From the NCBI GenBank assembly GCA_973895155.1, contig OZ316891.1, positions 27,905,145 to 27,969,144 of the forward strand: a stretch of 64,000 bases of DNA, given 5' to 3'. This DNA is from Marsupella aquatica. Its lineage: Eukaryota; Plantae; Marchantiophyta. Every line of letters starts with the position of its first letter. The stretch's first letter is position 1. Below, one piece after another: positions 1 through 11,253 of this stretch. The translations under genes were made by a program, and so were the position numbers. Below the pieces are notes generated by a model. It was given only the letters and a program-made list of their open reading frames with translations. It made no database searches and was not told where the DNA came from.

Positions 1-1653
1 GCATCCCAATGCTCATATGTCCCAGTAAAATTCGGGTAGACATAAGTATTAGGCGCGGACTCTTCTCTCTCTGCCTGCCCAAGATCAGGGTTTACTGGTT
101 CTAATTGCTAATTCAGTCCCCATTTAGAAAGACCTAAGAAATTTAACTATCTTCGAGCTTTATTGTTTGTTTTGGCAAAATCTTCCTTTGCGGCCAGCAG
201 CTGAGGCCCAGCGTCCACGATGTCCGATACATTTTTCAAGACATAAGTAAGCTGGCTGGGAAATGCCTTTCTCCTCAATCTCAAGAGATGATTTTTCTGG
301 AGTCTGCTCACGTATTGCTCTTGCTTGTCCAGAACCTGAACAGCTATTTACCACAACTGAATCAAGTGCCCGAGTTCTGACCAAGTTGTCCTTTGTCTGT
401 CTGCTGTTGATTTCTGATTGCTACTTGTTGGATTTGTCTGCTATGTTCAATTCAGTTTGTTGTCTTGTTGTCGTCTGACAATGTTTGTGGTGCAAGGTGA
501 GCTTGATCTCTTATTATTACAATGTAGTCCTTAGTTTTCCATTGTATGATGTTTTCCTTAGTCTGTCTATGTTCCTCAATGAATTGGTTTCCTTACTCTT
601 CTTTTGACATCCCTCTGTATCATAGCCCTTTTCTTTTCTCTTTTTTTTACTGAAGAGAAGTGCAAGCATGTATGGTGAATCCTCACTTGATTCCAGCAGC
701 GACTCTGTAGAATTTTGTCGCCAAAAAGTTTCAGAGTTTCGTGTGTGGTTTGCCAACTGCTGTGCCACCTCAGAGAATTCCTTAGTGGCTTTTGTACAAG
801 CCTTGCTCTTCAACTATGGTAATTTACAGCTAACTGTCTGATGTTCACACAACATCCATACACAGCAATGAATACAACTCCATGAATACAGCCACATGAT
901 TTCCTTTGGTCTGCAAACTGGACAAAACTAAACTAAAATCAGCTTGGTCAATTTTAAATCCTTCGTAAGGGTCTCTGACAGCAGCCCGGTATAGTCATTT
1001 GTGCACGAAGATAGAGTACGGTGCAGCTTTTGAAAAAGTGGGTGGACCAGCAGCTTGTTGAGAGTAAAGCAACTTATGGTTCTGTAACAGATGTGTGCAG
1101 CAGCTTAAGATGTAGAAGGCACACAATAAAACTTGATTTTTACAGATTTAAAAAAGGGCAGGGTGAGTGAGCACTGCATGTTGAACTCACAGGTCCGAAT
1201 CTTGATTTGATTTCGCTGCTAAAATTCGTATCTCTTGCCTGAGTCCCAGTTTGCTGGAGTTTTGTTGCTCTCTGTGCTTTGTTGTGCACATTGTTGTGTT
1301 TGCTCTGTCCATTTTAAAACTTGAGAGCCAAATGAATGCTTTGCTGAAACTCAATTGCTATTTTTTCTGTGTTGCCCTTACAGATTTTAAAAAGGCAGGG
1401 TGAGTGAGCACTGCTGTACAGCAAGCAAAGGCATACAGGTTGCAATATTTGTGATTGCTTCCAATCATCTAGGCCAAGGTTATTTGCGCTGCTCAGTCCT
1501 AAATGCTTTGCCATCTATAAAGCATTGGTTTATGTTGCACCCTTGTGGTTACATGTCATATTTTATGCTGCACCCTCATTCTTTTGTGTCATACTGCACC
1601 CTGTTATTCCTTCTTGTTTCACAATCTGATGTAGGGTCTGAGTGTGCAGGACC

Positions 1654-2313
1654 ATGGCTCGCAATAAGCAGAAGGCCATGAATCGTTGCAGAGGTGAATC
1701 CTCTCAAGCACCTCAATTGTCCTTATATTCAGACATTGAGATTAACCAGAATAGTCCACATGTATGTGCGATTTGTGATGAGGGAGGGGATCTCATTGTT
1801 TGTGATGGGCCTTGCCACCGACATTTCCATAAGAATGTTTCCTGTCCTTTGGGTCAGCAATGGCTATGCCCAACTATATCCCTCGCTGATGGCCATGTTG
1901 GAGAATGGCTTTGTGTTGATTGCAAGAATGAGGAACATTCTTGCTTTAAGTGCCATGTGTCTGGAAAAATTGGTGAAGAGGTAAGAAAATGTCCAGACTC
2001 TCTCTGTGCCCGGTTTTACTGTCGGCAGTGTTTGGTTCCTGGCACAGCATCATGTGGACTCCATATTTGTCTTACTTGTGGACAGGGGCCCAATGATGGG
2101 GCTAATGGCTTTTTGGTTCAGTGCATGAGGTGTCCTAAGGCATGGCACAAAGACTGCCTGCTGTTTATCCAGCAGAGGGGATTTGCCCATGATCGAACAA
2201 TTTGGGATCACTCAGCGCATGGGCAGCCCAAGAAGGGGATGTTTTACTGTCCTGACCATGACATTGACCCTACACTAGGCACTCCTGCTAGGAGCCACAT
2301 ATCTTGGATTTGA
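1654..2313 (+). CDS. Stand-alone EDM2/NSD-type multi-PHD zinc-finger protein (219 aa), intronless, apparently CACTA cargo
   Basis: CAICDEGGDLIVCDGPCHRHFH...WLCVDC...CFKC...CARFYC..C...CGLHICLTC...CMRCPKAWHKDCL...FYCPDHDIDPTLGTPARSHISW. The Cys/His spacing and the YCxxHxID..LxTPxRxH end match my recollection of the PHD module of plant EDM2. ATG at 1654. Confidence 0.85.
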   Translation: MARNKQKAMNRCRGESSQAPQLSLYSDIEINQNSPHVCAICDEGGDLIVCDGPCHRHFHKNVSCPLGQQWLCPTISLADGHVGEWLCVDCKNEEHSCFKCHVSGKIGEEVRKCPDSLCARFYCRQCLVPGTASCGLHICLTCGQGPNDGANGFLVQCMRCPKAWHKDCLLFIQQRGFAHDRTIWDHSAHGQPKKGMFYCPDHDIDPTLGTPARSHISWI

Positions 2314-2910
2314 TTGAGGCTGGATCGAACACAAACTTGAGATAGAGCTTTTTGATGGTTTCACGTGGACTTAAACAATTTTCAGAGTGCTAAAACATGT
2401 GGACTATTTATATGCAGTTTGATGAACTCCTCATGTATACACACTCTACGACAGTGCATTGCGGATTGAGGCAATTAATTTTGAGAAATCAACTTTATTA
2501 TCTTTTCCAGGGTAGGATTCTGATTTTCAAGCATGTACTTTGAGTGTGACTTTCCTCCATATTGATGTCTAAACTTCACTTGTAAATTTGTCACTGGTGT
2601 CACAAACGTTACTTATTCCAGACCTGTCTGCTCACATTCCTAATAGGCAAACAAATACTGGAAATGATGAAGGCACAGAGATTTACGTTCATAGTATCAT
2701 TCTGATGACACTGTATGTGATGCTCTATTTGTATGCAAGGAGAAGGTGCCCTACTACAGTGGATTTGAGAAACTGGGCTCTGTGGGTTTGAGCAATTGGA
2801 CTGTGGTTGGCATCGGTTGTACAACTGTGACGGTAGGCCCAATTTTGTATGCATGTCACTCTGATTCAGTTTGAAAATCATAGTTTGAATACAATTTCAA
2901 TCAAGCTAGC

Positions 2911-5900
2911 ATGGCACAATTGCCACAGAATACGTTAGGTGTGGGTAGAACTCCAAAGTTGCCGCTCTTCCATCCAGCTAGAGTACAACATCGTGATGAT
3001 GCTTTGTGGGTTCGAGAACAGAAGGCCTGCCACAAGAGTGGGGACCATAAGATGTACTGCCCTTGTGTGAACTGCAAAGGGAATTATAGGACTAATCGGA
3101 ATACTGCTAGACTGCACCTTATTAAACATGGTCGGTACCCTGCATGTCGAGTGTGGGTGGGAGAGGGACAGGACTCTTCTGATGAAGAGTGGGGTGCTGA
3201 CTACATGTCACAACATGGCCCTGAGGCATTGAGGGTAGCAAACCTTCAGCAGGCAACCTGTGCACAACAGCCAACTGTAGATGTTGAAGAACATTTATTT
3301 GTAGATGTTCCAGAGTATCCAACTGTGGATGTTCCAGAGTATCCAACTGTGGATGTTCAAGAACATCCAACTATAGATGTCGAAGAACATATCAGGGCTC
3401 TACTGGAAGAAACGTTGCTGAGAACCAGTGAAGAATCCCCTGAGCATGAGCTAGATGATCAGGACCGTTTTGACTTGGATTTTGTACTTGGGGATGATGA
3501 GAGTGAAGGAGGTGCCCATCCTGTAAACCCCCTTGAAACCTCCAAAACTCCTGTGGAGACTGATCCTGCACAGTTATCTTTAGATGCAGCAATGCAACCT
3601 TTGTTCCCAGGCAGCAAAATAGATGTTGTGTCATTCATGTTGCTTCTGCTGAACATCTGTCATGGCCATGGATTCTCAAACAAAGGAGTGAATGCATTGT
3701 TGTCTTTGATGGGGGAGCATGGTATGCCTACAGAGCATAATCTGCCCAAGAACTTATATGCTGCAAAGCAGCTATTGAGAAAGCTTGGCTTGGATTATGA
3801 GAGAATCCCTGTCTGTGAGAAAGGTTGTATGCTCTTTAGGGGTGAGAATGCCAAGTTAGAAAACTGTTCAGTGTGTCAGCAGCCCAAGATGAAGAGAGTG
3901 GGGAATTCATTACAGGCAAGGAAGGTAGTGCGGTATTTCCCTATAATTCCCAGGTTGAAGAGATTGTATGCCACTGCTGGTACATCTAAACTCATGACTT
4001 GGCATCATGAGAATAGAAGCACAGACAACATGGTTCGGCACGCAGCAGATTCAAAGGCTTGGAAGCATGTGGATACAAATATTGATCGGGAATTTGCAGC
4101 TGAACCAAGGAATGTGCGATTTGGGTTGGCACTTGATGGGGTGAATCCCTTTGGGAATAATTCCACAGCTTGGTCTACCTGGCCAATACTGTTGTTGAAT
4201 TACAATTTACCTCCTTGGCTTACCACCAAGAAGTTCTTTGTCATGCTAGCTATGCTGATTCCAGGACCTGATTCAGTAACAGAGGAACAGCTAGACATAA
4301 TATTGGGCCCATTCTATGAGGAGTTGGAGCTGTTGTGGAAGAAAGGAGTGCCCTGCTTTGACAAATTGCCACGCCCAGGATTGTCTCAACACTTCAACCT
4401 TAGGGCTGTGCTATTGTGGACAATCAATGATTACCCTGCATATGGTTTAATATCTGGACAACAACACTCTGGATACAAAGGATGTGTCATCTGTGGGCCA
4501 GAATGTGTGGCACGTGGTTCTAAGCACTTGCAGAAATTAGAGTACAGTGGCCACCGTCGATGGTTAGCAACAAGGCATCTTTTTCGTAGACCAGATAGTG
4601 CACAATACTTTGATGGTGCAATTGAGAGTCGACCTGCACCGTGTAGAATGACAAGCTCTGATAGAAAGAAGTGGGGAGACGAGACAACAGAATATTTGAA
4701 GAAGGGAGGAACCAAGGTTGAGGATGAGAAATGCCCCATAAAGGTGCATGGAGTGAAGAGGGCTACTGGTCTGTACAAGTTGCCCTATTGGAATGTAAGA
4801 CTCCATACTACTACAATGAATTTCTGCAATCTCTTCATATGACTTTGAAATATATTCTCTTCATATACTTCCTGTAGCCCAGATTTTGTAATTGTTGTAT
4901 TCAATGCACTAATTTCTGAATTGTGTCCACTGCACAAACTACTGCCCAGTGATGCCAAAAGTTGTATTCAATGCCCTAATTTCTGAATTGTGTGTCCACT
5001 GCAGAAACTACTCATTAACCATTGTCTAGATCCCATGCACTGTGAGAAGAATCTTGCACACAACATTGTGCACACTATCATTGGGACCAAGGACACTCCT
5101 TCTGTGAGAGAAGACATGAAGCTCTTACAGGTGCGCCAACACCTATGGCTTGTACCCAATCCAGCTCCCAAGCGTAAGGATGACAAATTGTTGATGCCCC
5201 CAGCCCCATATTGCCTGAGCAAGAAGGAAAGAACAAGGTTCTTGGAGGTTTTATTGACCTTGAAAGGGCCCACTGGTTTTTCAAGTTCTTTGGCAAAGTG
5301 TGTTACAAAATCCAAGAAACTCTCTGGGTTGAAATCACATGATTTCCACCAACTCATGCAACAGATTCTCCCTCTGGCAACAATGGGATTACTTGATGAA
5401 GGGGTTCGCTTGGCCATAGCTGGGGTGAGCAATATCTATCGCCAGATCTGTACGAAGGTGTGGGACCCTTCAATGTATGAGAATTTGATGATGGATGTTG
5501 CATTCACTCTCTGCATTTTGGAAATCCATTTTCCACCAAGCTTCTTTGATGTCATGACCCATTTAATGATTCACCTAGTGGAGGAATTAGACTTGTGTGG
5601 CCCAGTTACAGGCAGATGGATGTACCCAATAGAGAGGAACCTGAAGGTATTGAAGGGTTATGTACGAAACAAGGCACGTCCAGAGGCTTCTATGGCTGAA
5701 GGCTATGTATTAGATGAGTCTTTGGGATTTCTTTCTGAATACATGATTGATGCAAAGGGAGAGGGAAAACGAACCTGGGAGTTGGAGGAGGATGCTGGCG
5801 TTGCAGGCATTGTTTTGGAAGGGGCTGCAAAGGCGATAACTTTGGATTGGTCTGAAATGATGGCCATGCATCATTATATATTAGAGAATGAAGAGACAGT

Positions 5901-6904
5901 GGCTCCATGGTATAGGTACATAAACCCTAGAAACTCTCCTATCCTTAGGCATATGGATCATAATTATGTTTCCCCATTGTGTTTGTATATTCATGGTGGA
6001 TCGTGCACTAATGTCTTCAGTGTTGTTGTTGCCATGCAGGATATATGATGCTACCAATGAGACTGTTACCAAACGAAGAGTGGATTTCCGGAAGGAGTGG
6101 ATGAGGAAGCCTGCCAATCGAAGAAAACCAGTGGAATTTCCCGTAGACTGCCAAGAATTGCCACCTTTCAGGGAATGGTTTCAAACATTAGTCAATACCC
6201 ATAATTTTGAGAAAGAGTCTGAGCGGTCATTACTATCTGCATACTCCACACCACCTAGTTTGAAGGCACGACTGTATAGGGCATGTAGAGCCTATGGGCA
6301 CCATTGGAGGACTATTCCATCCTTGGGGTGTTTGAGTGATTGTGATTCTGGTGCTTTCAGCACTTTTGATTCTGGGATGGCTTCTACATTCACTGAGAAG
6401 CGAGTGGACAGGTCTGGTGCAACCATAGAAGAATCTGTACAGTATGTAGGGGCCTTGACAGATATCTTGGTACTGAATTATGGCAGCTTGAGGAAAGAGG
6501 TGATTCTTTTCAAAGGGAAATGGGCAGATCCATCATGGACTCCTAAATCCTCTGCCAGTATGAGGTATACCAAGTCTGGTCTTTGGCAGGTGAATTTCCA
6601 TAGAGAACTGGGTGTGTCCAAGAAAATGGATTACGTTTTCCCAAAGCAAGTGGAGCAGGTTTTCTTCCACCCCAATGAGAAGGGGATAGCATGGAGAACA
6701 ATCCTCCACAAAGAATCCAGGTCCACAAGGGTGTTAGGTGATTACACAGACGTTGATTTCCATGCTACAATGGAAAACAATGTCAAATTACACATCGAAT
6801 TGGCTAAGGCCTGTAGGTCCAGAGAAAATCCAGGACCAAGTACTGGTCCCAAACGAGGCAGAGATGCAGAGGGATCTGCAAGAAAGGGCAGGCCTAAGCA
6901 GTGA
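2911..6904 (+). CDS. tnpD: CACTA transposase (TnpD/Tnp2-like), spliced 2911-4794, 5005-5915, 6040-6904; about 1219 aa, frame intact
   Basis: N-terminal CPCxxC...HL..HG finger, RNVRFGLALDGVNPF, WPILLLNYNLPPW, WTINDYPAYG, LDPMHCEKN, LKSHDFH, FFDVMTHL..HL, RWMYPIER and a DUF4216-like C-terminus. GT-AG junctions give a 3660-nt continuous frame. Confidence 0.93.
3271..3390 (+). repeat. 24-bp in-frame tandem repeat (about 5 units) encoding PTVDVxEx in the transposase linker
   Basis: ccaactgtggatgttccagagtat-like units; protein reads PTVDVEEH-LFVDVPEY-PTVDVPEY-PTVDVQEH-PTIDVEEH. Confidence 0.8.
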
Positions 6905-6994
6905 ATAGGTTTTAGCTAGGTGTGTGAAGTCCATAGATGGACTACATGTATGGACTATTTATGAAATCAGACTAATGGTTTATCCATTTGTGCA

Positions 6995-9900
6995 GTTGGT
7001 GAATGCAGCCTGTGAAAGGAAGATTGCAAGGGTTGTCACATTCTGTGAATCCTTATGAGGAGGCCCGAAATCGGAACATAGAGCATAATGTCAGAATTAT
7101 GCGTGATCTAGGACTGGGGCCAGACTGCAAGCTGATGTGTGTGTTGATATGTCTATTGCAAATTTGATTCAGTAGATGGAGTTGTCAGGTTCATGTTCTG
7201 TTTTCATATTCCAGATTGGTCTCATACTAGTATGGATCCTGTACATAAGTACTAGTGTTATGGTGTTGTAGATTCATTTTGCATGTATGTTTGATCTGCA
7301 TTGGTGTATGTTGATGATTGCTTTGTTCCTTAGAGGCCCAACCACACATGTACAACGAGAGAGAGGAAAGCCTGCTTTGGTGAAAGGTACTTCAACTGAA
7401 ACATTGCCAAAGAGGAGGAGCTCTAGACTATCAGAAGTTACCAAGGTGAACATGGCAGAGTTTGGTGATGATGGCTATGGTTCTCCTTCTGAGTATGACA
7501 CTGAGGATTCTGACATTGGAGGGTCAGAACCAGAGAGTGCACAACAGGTAATGCTTGAACTTCATCATCCTAATAGGAAGGGATCCTTGTCCCTTTTTCA
7601 AATTATATGTTGATATGCTTACGTTGTCCATGATGTAGGTACAGAAACAAAATCGTGGTCCTAAGAAGACTGGGCCTGGTGGAGGTGGGCTAGTGAGATG
7701 TTGGAAAGACCCAGACACTGGACTCTTATATGAAAGTGAGTGGATTGTACTGTTCTACTTTTCAGGTGTGTTTGGAAGTTGATATTCTACTTGGAAATGA
7801 AATTAATTGAAGTGCTTTGGTGTTGTGTGTTTGTTTAGTGGTTCCATCAGCATCTGAAGGCAGATCAGGTCAATCTGATGTACTACATTCCAGAGGATCT
7901 TCAGGTAATACACAATCTGCTCGTGTTGCATATGCAAGTACATTTGCTCAACTTTTCAATCATGTACATATTTTTTGATTGAATGCATGTGTGTGCATTG
8001 CAGGAGGGGCCTCTGAGATGCGCAGGGAACGAAGGCATGCTAAGAAGCAGTTTGATAATACTGCCAAACAACGAAGGGATTGCGGAGAGGTGCCCAAACA
8101 CATTAAAGTGAGTATTGTACTTGTTTGTAGATTTAGACAAATCTGATCCTCTCTGTTGTTGTGTGTATAAAACCTGGACTCTGCATAAATTCCAGAGTTA
8201 TGATCTGACATTGTCTATGAAATGCAGATTTATGACAATGATATTGATGATTCTGATGGCAACAAACAATACTGGCTGGAGGAACTTCGTGGCAACGTAC
8301 TCAGAGTCTTTGATGTATCAAAGCCAAAATGGACTGATCATCCACAAGTTCATACAACCACAGTGTGGAATAACATGGCAGCTGAGTGGGAGTATGTGGG
8401 TGGGGAATTTATTAACACCAAATTCCAGAGTCATTGTCGTGGCATATTGAAGAGAGAGCGCCATAAAATGCATGTTTATTGGAAGAAAGTTTGCAATGAG
8501 GATCCAACCAAACTTGGGCCATCTGGTGTTGATCCAAAGAAATGGGCAGCTTTGGTATCTCATTTTACCAGTCCAGCATTGATATCTTTGAGTAAACAGA
8601 TGACTGATAAAAGAGCACGAGTGCAAGATACCTCTCACTTTGGAAGGGGAGGGCATGCTGCAGCAGCAAAGAGAATGGTAAATTGTCTATCATTTTCACT
8701 ATCAATTCTGTCTTGTTTGTGAATCTTGATGAAAACAAACTCTGTGATTTCTCATTCATTGTGTGTTTGAACAGAAGCAGAAGAGAGGATCAAGCCCAGG
8801 TATATCTGACCTGAAAGAAAACCATGGTAGTCAGGGTTCATTGCCAAAGGTGACAATGAGCCCATCATTGGCAAGTGCAGAAGGTCAGACTGGTAGTTTT
8901 GTGGGAGCAAAGGTGAGCCCATCATTGGCAAGTGGGGAGGGTAAAAGTGCTAGCTTACTGGGGCAAGGAAACAGACATGGATCAGCTGTGAGTATTGTCA
9001 TACCAATTTGATTTGTACATCATTCTCCATTTGACAGAGCCAGTGTTGTGTCGTTTGTAAGTTTGACAGTGAGACTGTTGTGTTGGTTTGTGGTTCATTT
9101 ACAGACCCCACATTCAAAAGAAGAGATCACTGCCATTGGGGCTGTGAAATTGGATGTCGCTGAGTTGAAAGGCACTGTGAGGGAGTTGACAAACATGATG
9201 ACTACGTGGATGGCACATCACCCCAGTAATGCACAAGTTCCAACAGTTGTGCCTAGTCACAGTAAGTTGACTACAACTACCAAACAAGGTAGTAGAAAGC
9301 GATCTCTTACTTTTTCAGGCGATAATGAAGGTAAAATTCTCTATCATGTATACACTGTCCATTCAATGTAATTATTGTGATGTGTATATGTCATTGCATG
9401 TTTATAATGTTCTTGCATGTTTTTAGTGTGATTATATGTTGCTGGTGTATACATGTTTGTTTATGCATTTCTTTTGTGTGTGTTTTATGACAGCATCTTT
9501 AGGGGAGCCTCCTGTGTCGCAGGGAAGACCAACTGACACAGCTAACAGTACTCTAAAGCAAACTGAATTGGAAGTGAACCTTTTGCCATCTAAGTTGCCC
9601 AAAGAAGCCATTTCAGATGTCTTTCAGTTGCCAGAGGATAAGTCGACTCAGTTGACACCAGATGTAACCCCAGAATCATCTGAGTTGCCAAAAGAAACTC
9701 CCATTCCAAGTGAACAGGATGACACTCCATCAACTAGAAAGGGAAAGAAGAAAAGGAAGAAAGGATCCTCAGCAAATGCATCACCTGCACAGAAGAAACC
9801 AATGCAGTCTCCTAACCCCGTTGCAAAGGTAAATGTGTGTTTGATTTGAGTGTTCTTCTATCTTTCAATTTCTGTTTATTGCATTTTTAACAAAATGTGT

Positions 9901-10170
9901 TGTTCACAGTTTGCAAGAGGAGATTTGGTGAAGATGAAGAGCGTTGTGGACAATTCCATGATAGTGGCAGAAGGTGAGGTGACAGGGCTGCCAGGAGAAG
10001 ATAAGTTTCATTGTGCAGATTTTGAAAGCCCTTTCTTGCGAGTGCGTGTGATTGAAGTGTTTGTAGATGTGGCATTGCCATTTGCCAATTCAGGGGAGAA
10101 CCAGTCTAAATTATCTGATGTGAAAGGGATGAATGCCCTATGGAACTCTAGATTGCTTAAGAAGCAATAG
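6995..10170 (+). CDS. Multi-exon TnpA-like second CACTA gene (Ptta/Transposase_24-like core, Tnp1/En-Spm-like last exon); exon boundaries approximate
   Basis: Core exon ~8228-8677 (KKWAALVSHFTSP...HFGRGG) and last exon ~9910-10170 (VAEGEV...RVRVIEV..DVALPF...LSDVKG..ALW). Colinear paralogous exons occur at 43.4-46.5 kb. Confidence 0.75.
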
Positions 10171-10519
10171 AAATAGCACTCTATCAAGAAACAATAGACA
10201 TGATAGAATGACAACTCTGTTTTTCTATAAACATGCAGAGTGATTGGTATGTCAGGTTGTAACAATTGACAATCTAATATTATTGATGTCAATGTAATTT
10301 TGTTTCATAAATTTGCATTGAGTTCAATATTTACCGTGAGACTTATGAAGGTATCTTGTATGAATATCAATTGGATTTGTGATATATATCGAATGTTTCT
10401 TTAAGTTTTCATTTAGCAACTCTATTGAATGGCTTTGTAATATATGATTTTTGATTGACATCAAGTTTTATCTATCATGATCACTTAAATTTGAATTTCT
10501 CCAAATCATTGAATACTTC

Positions 10520-11240
10520 GTCTGAATGATTGGCTTGAATGACTAAATGACTAGCTAGAATGACTGATGTAATGGTCATTATTCACAACTATCTTTGTGA
10601 CCAATATGACTCAACTCTGGTCATTAAAGACATAGACTAAATGATTCAAAGAATGACATATACAATGACCTTTCTCATGGTCATTATAAACAAGTCCACT
10701 ATGACTCACTTTATGTCATTCAAGACATGTCATTAATGACTAATGTGTATCTTTACGTGTCTTCTCCCAATTGAACCACGTGTCTCAATATGACTTGTTT
10801 ATACTGTAGTCATTTTGGACACGTCCAAAATGACCCAAATATATTGCCAAATGGTGAATCCTCTTTGAACCACGTGTCACTATTTGATTTGTTATATAAT
10901 GTACGTCATTTTGGACTGTCCAAAATGACCAATGTTATTAGTTTTTTTATTGCCACGTGTCGTTGTGTGATTGGGTACGGGGACCATCGACGGTCAACGG
11001 CAATTGACCGTCGATGGTGATTTGTGTCGTCATTTTGGACCGTTCAACATTTATGACCATATCATAAAAACGGTCATTTAGGATAGTATGAAATGACCAC
11101 ATGTTTTTAGCGTCATTTGTCCAAAAGGACCGTGACCAAAATGTCCGTTGTGACGTGTCTGGAAAGACGAGAACAATTGCGTCATTGTTTTGTTAAAAAG
11201 ACCTGATTAATAGTCATTGTTTTGGTCATAAAATACATTG
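10520..11240. repeat. CACTA subterminal ATGAC/GTCAT motif array (putative TnpA-binding sites)
   Basis: Dozens of ATGAC and GTCAT pentamers in both orientations immediately inside the terminal TAGTG. Confidence 0.8.
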
Positions 11241-11253
11241 TTTTCTACTAGTG

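Larger units (their letters stand above)
1..11253 (+). mobile_element. CACTA/En-Spm DNA transposon CACTA-1 (left end lies outside the window)
   Basis: Ends in TTTTCTACTAGTG (11241-11253; reverse complement CACTAGTAGAAAA). Dense ATGAC/GTCAT subterminal repeats at ~10520-11230. Contains TnpD-like and TnpA-like genes. Copia integrase sequence resumes immediately after the end. The start coordinate is only the window edge. Confidence 0.88.

Noticed and set aside
1-1600. Short ORFs and a small duplication (1141 versus 1379) upstream of the PHD gene
   Set aside because: No recognisable protein motifs; probably leader, intron or decayed captured sequence.
4431-6728. Minus-strand ORFs that recur at 41146-43182
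   Set aside because: They are antisense shadows of the conserved transposase codons.
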